Below, piece after piece: positions 59,790 through 64,000 of a stretch of 64,000 bases of DNA; the first letter of the stretch is position 1; each line of letters opens with the position of its first letter. Where the stretch lies: assembly GCA_036172245.1 (NCBI GenBank), contig JAYWIR010000004.1:3720001-3784000 (forward strand), given 5' to 3'. The notes beneath the pieces were generated by a model. It saw nothing but the letters and a program-made list of their open reading frames with translations. It searched no databases and was not told the origin of the DNA. The translations under genes were made by a program, and so were the position numbers. Source of the DNA: Raillietiella orientalis. Its lineage: Eukaryota.

Positions 59790-62700
59790 TCGCGCCCAGA
59801 CGAGGCAAACCAGAGTACGGCGAGGCTGGCTGGTTTTTCGTTGGTGGGAAGAAGGAGAGGAAATGACGCGATCCTTCACACTTCCCCATCATTAAGGTAG
59901 GCGGGGTGAAGAGGCAGCCCCGCGCGCCAAGGAAGGCGCACGAAAAAGCCTCCGCTGCCGTTGCGCGCGCCGTCGCTGTCGTTGTGCGCACCGGGAGGGG
60001 AGCTGACGACACGATCCCGCAAGGGGGATCGGCGCCGAAGGCACCCTCTACGGGTGCTGGACCAGCTTTGAGCTGCCAGCCAAAGAGACGGAAGGCAAAA
60101 CGCCTGCCGCGAGTGCGAAATTCGGACTCCGAGGTGGAGTCCGAGGGCAGTGCAAAGGCTCGCCAAGCCCCGGTCAAGGCCAGGGCTGCGCGCAAGCCGA
60201 AACTTTCCAGGCAAGAGCTAGATGCCGGGAACCGTTCCCGATGCTCCTCGGAGCCCGAGGCAATGATCCTCGACTCAACCGAGCCAGCCGCGTGCGACGC
60301 GGCGGAGACGGTGCGCTTCCGCTCCCCAATCCACCGTGCTCCCGGCTGATGCCTCGCCGGACGAGGCGAGGAACGCACCTCCATGTCCGCAGCCGTAATG
60401 CGCGGGCTCGCATCTTCTCGTCGCATCCGTGTGGCCTGTTGGAACCTCAACGGGCTGCAGCACAACGAGAAGAGGCGATTGGTAGCTAACATCTTCGCGA
60501 CTTCGATCTGGCCCTGCTGAAGGAGATTCACGCTCTCTCCGAACAGCAAGCGGCCGATCTGGCAGGTTGCGCAGGCGGGACGCTACATTGGAGGTCAGGC
60601 TCCCAGAATACTTGCGGAGTAGCATTCCTTGTCCGGAGCAGGGTGGTGGGGGCAGTGCGGAACGTTTGTTTCGACGAGGAAGGTCGTGTGGGCCAACTTG
60701 TTCTCAAGTGGTCCGAATCGACCGACCTTGTCATCACGAACGTGTACTCGCCGTGCGGCTCCGCGCGTCACACCGAGAAAATTGAGTTTTTCGAGGGACT
60801 GCGCGTCCACTGGCTCAGCAACTCCGGCCCCGACGTGGCTCACCTTGTTGCCAGGGACTTTAACGTCCACGCGCTATCGGAGGAGACACACCTTCGGCGG
60901 GAGGAGCGGCTGGTGAACGAGGTGTGCGCGTCAGTGCACGCTTCGAATTTGCTGGCCGACGATCCTGGGATGCGTGCCTTGCCGCACCATGTGTTCTTCG
61001 ACGATCACCTGCATTTTCATTCCTCTGCGCCGTCCGAGCTCTCCGACCACCACAGACTGGAGTTTGAGCTACTCCCGCCTGGCAAGGGCCCTCCGACGCA
61101 CGTCTGGAGGCTGCTGGCGGACTGGCTGAGAAATCCGGTGGCTGCGGAGCACCTCCGCCAGCATCTCCGGGGCTTGGTCGTTCGGGAGCTCGTGGACTGT
61201 GACGATCTGAAAAGATCGGTCCACGAGTTTTGCAGCCTGTTCTCCTTGCGCCTGCTTCCCCGTGGCTTCGGTGAAGGCGTGGCCAATAGCAGAGCGTTTC
61301 TGCAGGCCCGCCGCTTCTCCCGGTGCCCGGACGTCCGGCATCTTGAGGAGTACAAGGCCAAGGTCGAGCGCCAGGTCTGGCAGTCAGGAGCGGCTTGTCT
61401 GCTCGACGACCAGGGCCTGGAATGCTCGGGCGCGGCCGGTGTTCGCCGCCTCTTAAAGCGCTACTACTCCTCGTTGTATGTTAGGAAGTCGACGGAACGC
61501 AGTCTCTGAGCTGCTTCTGCCGGCGGATGCTCCTGCTGTCGACGAGGAGAAACGCGCCACTCTAGACTTGCCCTTCACGGCGAAAGAAGTGTCTTCCGCC
61601 ATAACGGGCCTCAAGAGGCGAAAGGCGCCAGGTGGGAATGATCTGCTTGCGGAGTTCTTCCAGTGCGGCGAAACTCATCCCCCTGGTGCTGAGCCTTTCT
61701 ACGCTGATGCGAGAGACGGGCAATGTCCCGGCCTCGTTTCGCTCAGCAAGGGTGCGTCACCTGCCGAAAGGCGGAGACATGTGCCAATTAAACAACTGGC
61801 GTCCGACCACCTTGGTGAATGCGGACGTCAAGTTGTTCTCCAGGCTCTGGGTCGCGCGCCTAGGCAGGATCGCAGGATCCTTGGTAAGTCCGGAGCAGTC
61901 CTACGTTGTTCCTGGACGGTCCATGGAGGCGAACCTGTTCTTCGTGCGCACGTGGCTCGAGCTGCAACGCTGCGTGGCGCACGACAGCCAGGTAACCGCA
62001 TCTGCGGCTGCCGAGGCTAGGCGTCGCTGCATTCGGCCTCAGGAAGCGCCGGGTGCCTTGGCGGTCGCGGTCGATCTCAGCAAGGCGTTTGACTGCGTGA
62101 ACCAGGAACCTCTTCTGGAGCTCCTGGAACGCCTCGGTCTCCCGGTGCACCTCGTGGCCTATTTGCGCGCTTGCTGGCGCCACGCGCTGATCTCCATCTC
62201 TTTCAGAGGCTGCCACGTGTACGGCGTGCCGGTGCGGCGGGGCATCAGGCAGGGCGACAGTTTAAGTCCGTTGCTCTTCAGCATCTTCTTTGAGTTGGTG
62301 CTGAGGGCGTTCAGACTGACGCTGGCCAGCCTGCCGATCTCTTGTCCAGGTACGCCGTCCGTGGCGGCCTATGCCGATGACCTGCTTCTCCTTTTACCCA
62401 TGACCACCCTGGCGTCCAGTCTTGAGGATTTCTTCGAACTGATTCGCTGGGGAGCGGGCATGAGCGTAAACCGGAGCAAGAGCGTGGTCGTTCCTGTTGG
62501 TGCGGCGTGGGAGGGGCAGTCCGACTGGATCCGCCTGGGGATCCCGACCGCTACGTCTTTCAAATACTTAGGCGTCCCGCTGGGGAACATCAGCCCAGTG
62601 GAAGCATGGTCGGGCTGCCTTCAGAAGGCTACGAGTGTTTTAAGCCCGTTCCACCTTGGCAGGTTCCTCCTGCCGGAGCGGGCCACCGTTTGGAACACCT

Positions 62701-64000
62701 TCGTTGCCCCCCTCTTATGCCCCGTGTTTTTTGTTTGTCCACCCCTCTACTCGGCCAAACTCCAGGCGCAAAGCATGTTGAGGAACGCTCTGTGGGGACC
62801 TGCGAGGTCCAGGATCCGCCTCAAAGACTTGGCGGCTCCGCGTCGGGATGCTGTCTTGGGCATCCTGACGGAGAGAATCGAGCTGCAGGTGCAGCTTCGA
62901 ATGTTGGCCCTGTGCGCCAACCTTTGGTCTACTCCGTGGTGTGCTCCCGCGCTCTTGCTCCTGCGGCGCTGCACCGGCAGCGATGGCCTTCTGTCTCTCC
63001 GGTCGCATACGGAGAGCGCCACGAGAAGCTTCGGTTTCCCTTTGAAACCTCTCTACCGGCTCCTGGTAGCCCACGCATGGATCTCCTGCCGCCCAACGAA
63101 CTTCGACGCCTGGCGGCAGGAACCGTTGCATGCCTGGGCAAAGCAACAGAATGTTTCGCTCTTCGAACTCCGTTGCGCCAACCTCTCCCCGTACTGCACG
63201 GTGGATGAGGTGTGCAACAGCCAGGAGAAGTGGACTCGCCTGGCCGTCACGCCCCTCGCCGACGCGCTGTCAGCCCTCAGGGCAAGTGATGACAGCTGCC
63301 TACCGGCGAGGTTAGAGGTCGCCTGCACCATCGCAGGAACAACACGACCCATTGGTGGCAGGAGGACTTGCGAGCTCGCAGACGCCGCCACGCCTCGCCA
63401 CATCCCGAAGGGACTTCTTCGATGGAGTGAACACTTGAGTGTGGCCCCCGAAGAACTTGTGGTCCCTCCCTCCTGTTTGAACACTTCTGTGTTCCCCCTT
63501 TCGTGGAAGCAGGACGTGATCATGCTGGGGCATTGGGGTTTTCACTCCAACCAGCGCACGAACCTTGTTTCCGGGGGAGTTGTCTCCCCGAACTGTAAAC
63601 GGTGCGGGGACGTGGAAACGCTCCCGCACCTGCTCTTGGACTGCGGTGTCCTCCAAGGACTGTGATGGAGGCTGGCTTCAGTTCTCCTGCTTCAGGGGGA
63701 CACCGCGAGGGATTTGATGCGCCTCTTCTTCACGCCAGGCGGTCTGTCCTTAGGTGCTGTCATAGCAACGGTCTGTTGCACCCGCGCCATCGACAAGGCT
63801 TACCGAGAGCTGGAGAAGCTGGCGATTCGTCGTCAGGCCACCGGAATAGCCAGCGAGAACATGACGTCGGTTGCCGAGTGGGCCTATCTTCCTGAGGACG
63901 TTAGGAGCGAGATCACCGGCATCCATAGCCGGTTCTGAAGGAAAGGAACGGCCAAACCAAAGTCCCCTGTCCCCTACCCTCCCCATATCTTTATTTCTAT
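59790..64000 (+). mobile_element. Near-complete L1/Tx1-like LINE (5'-truncated in ORF1; 3' UTR runs off the window)
   Basis: Low-complexity ORF1 tail (GWFFVGGKK..., 59906-60349) followed by an APE-RT-CCHC ORF2; no RNase H seen. Confidence 0.95.
60398..63938 (+). pseudogene. LINE ORF2: AP endonuclease + reverse transcriptase + C-terminal zinc finger, disrupted
   Basis: IRVACWNLNGL, DLALLKEIH, GVAFL, NVYSP, RDFN, SDH; KAPGGND..AEF, NWRP, VDLSKAFD, GIRQGDSLSPLLF, YADD, FKYLG; CKRCGDVETLPHLLLDC. Frameshifts near 60490, 61500 and 61665; TGA at 63663 where the 20 kb copy has TGG. Confidence 0.95.

Noticed and set aside
59737..60549. 270-aa minus-strand ORF and other antisense ORFs over the LINE
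   Set aside because: Shadow frames of GC-rich LINE coding sequence.
61632..63665. Prokaryotic RT system (retron, DGR, group II intron)
   Set aside because: The upstream AP endonuclease, C-terminal CCHC, 5'-truncated copies and TSDs identify a eukaryotic LINE. The duplicated segments show no adenine-specific variation.
1..64000. CRISPR arrays, tRNA, rRNA, telomeric arrays
   Set aside because: No regularly spaced repeats or recognisable RNA-gene sequence seen by eye; a covariance scan was not possible.

Overview
Eukaryotic genomic DNA dominated by non-LTR retrotransposons (LINEs) of many ages. The clearest element is a near-complete L1/Tx1-like LINE at ~59790-64000 (+). It carries an ORF1 remnant and an ORF2 with AP endonuclease, reverse transcriptase and a C-terminal CCHC finger, broken by about three frameshifts and one stop. 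Around 20 further truncated, nested or decayed LINE pieces are scattered through the window, several with readable target-site duplications. Two fragments come from restriction-like-endonuclease (R2/NeSL/Utopia-type) elements. AT-richer stretches between the elements show GT/AG-flanked short open frames suggestive of intron-rich host genes that I cannot identify. Most notable: (1) at least six divergent LINE copies end without a poly(A) tail, in a shared module (AATAAA/TAAA-CG, then a CCGG-N5-CCGG hairpin, then TG plus a short TAA-like tail). (2) Upstream of that sits a CUNCGU-loop hairpin whose stem covaries between copies. (3) Pieces of already-dead LINEs (230-830 bp) are locally re-duplicated at roughly 92-100% identity, which points to DNA-level templated copying or conversion (or misassembly). 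All calls are by-eye motif recognition, with no database searches; boundaries of decayed elements are approximate.
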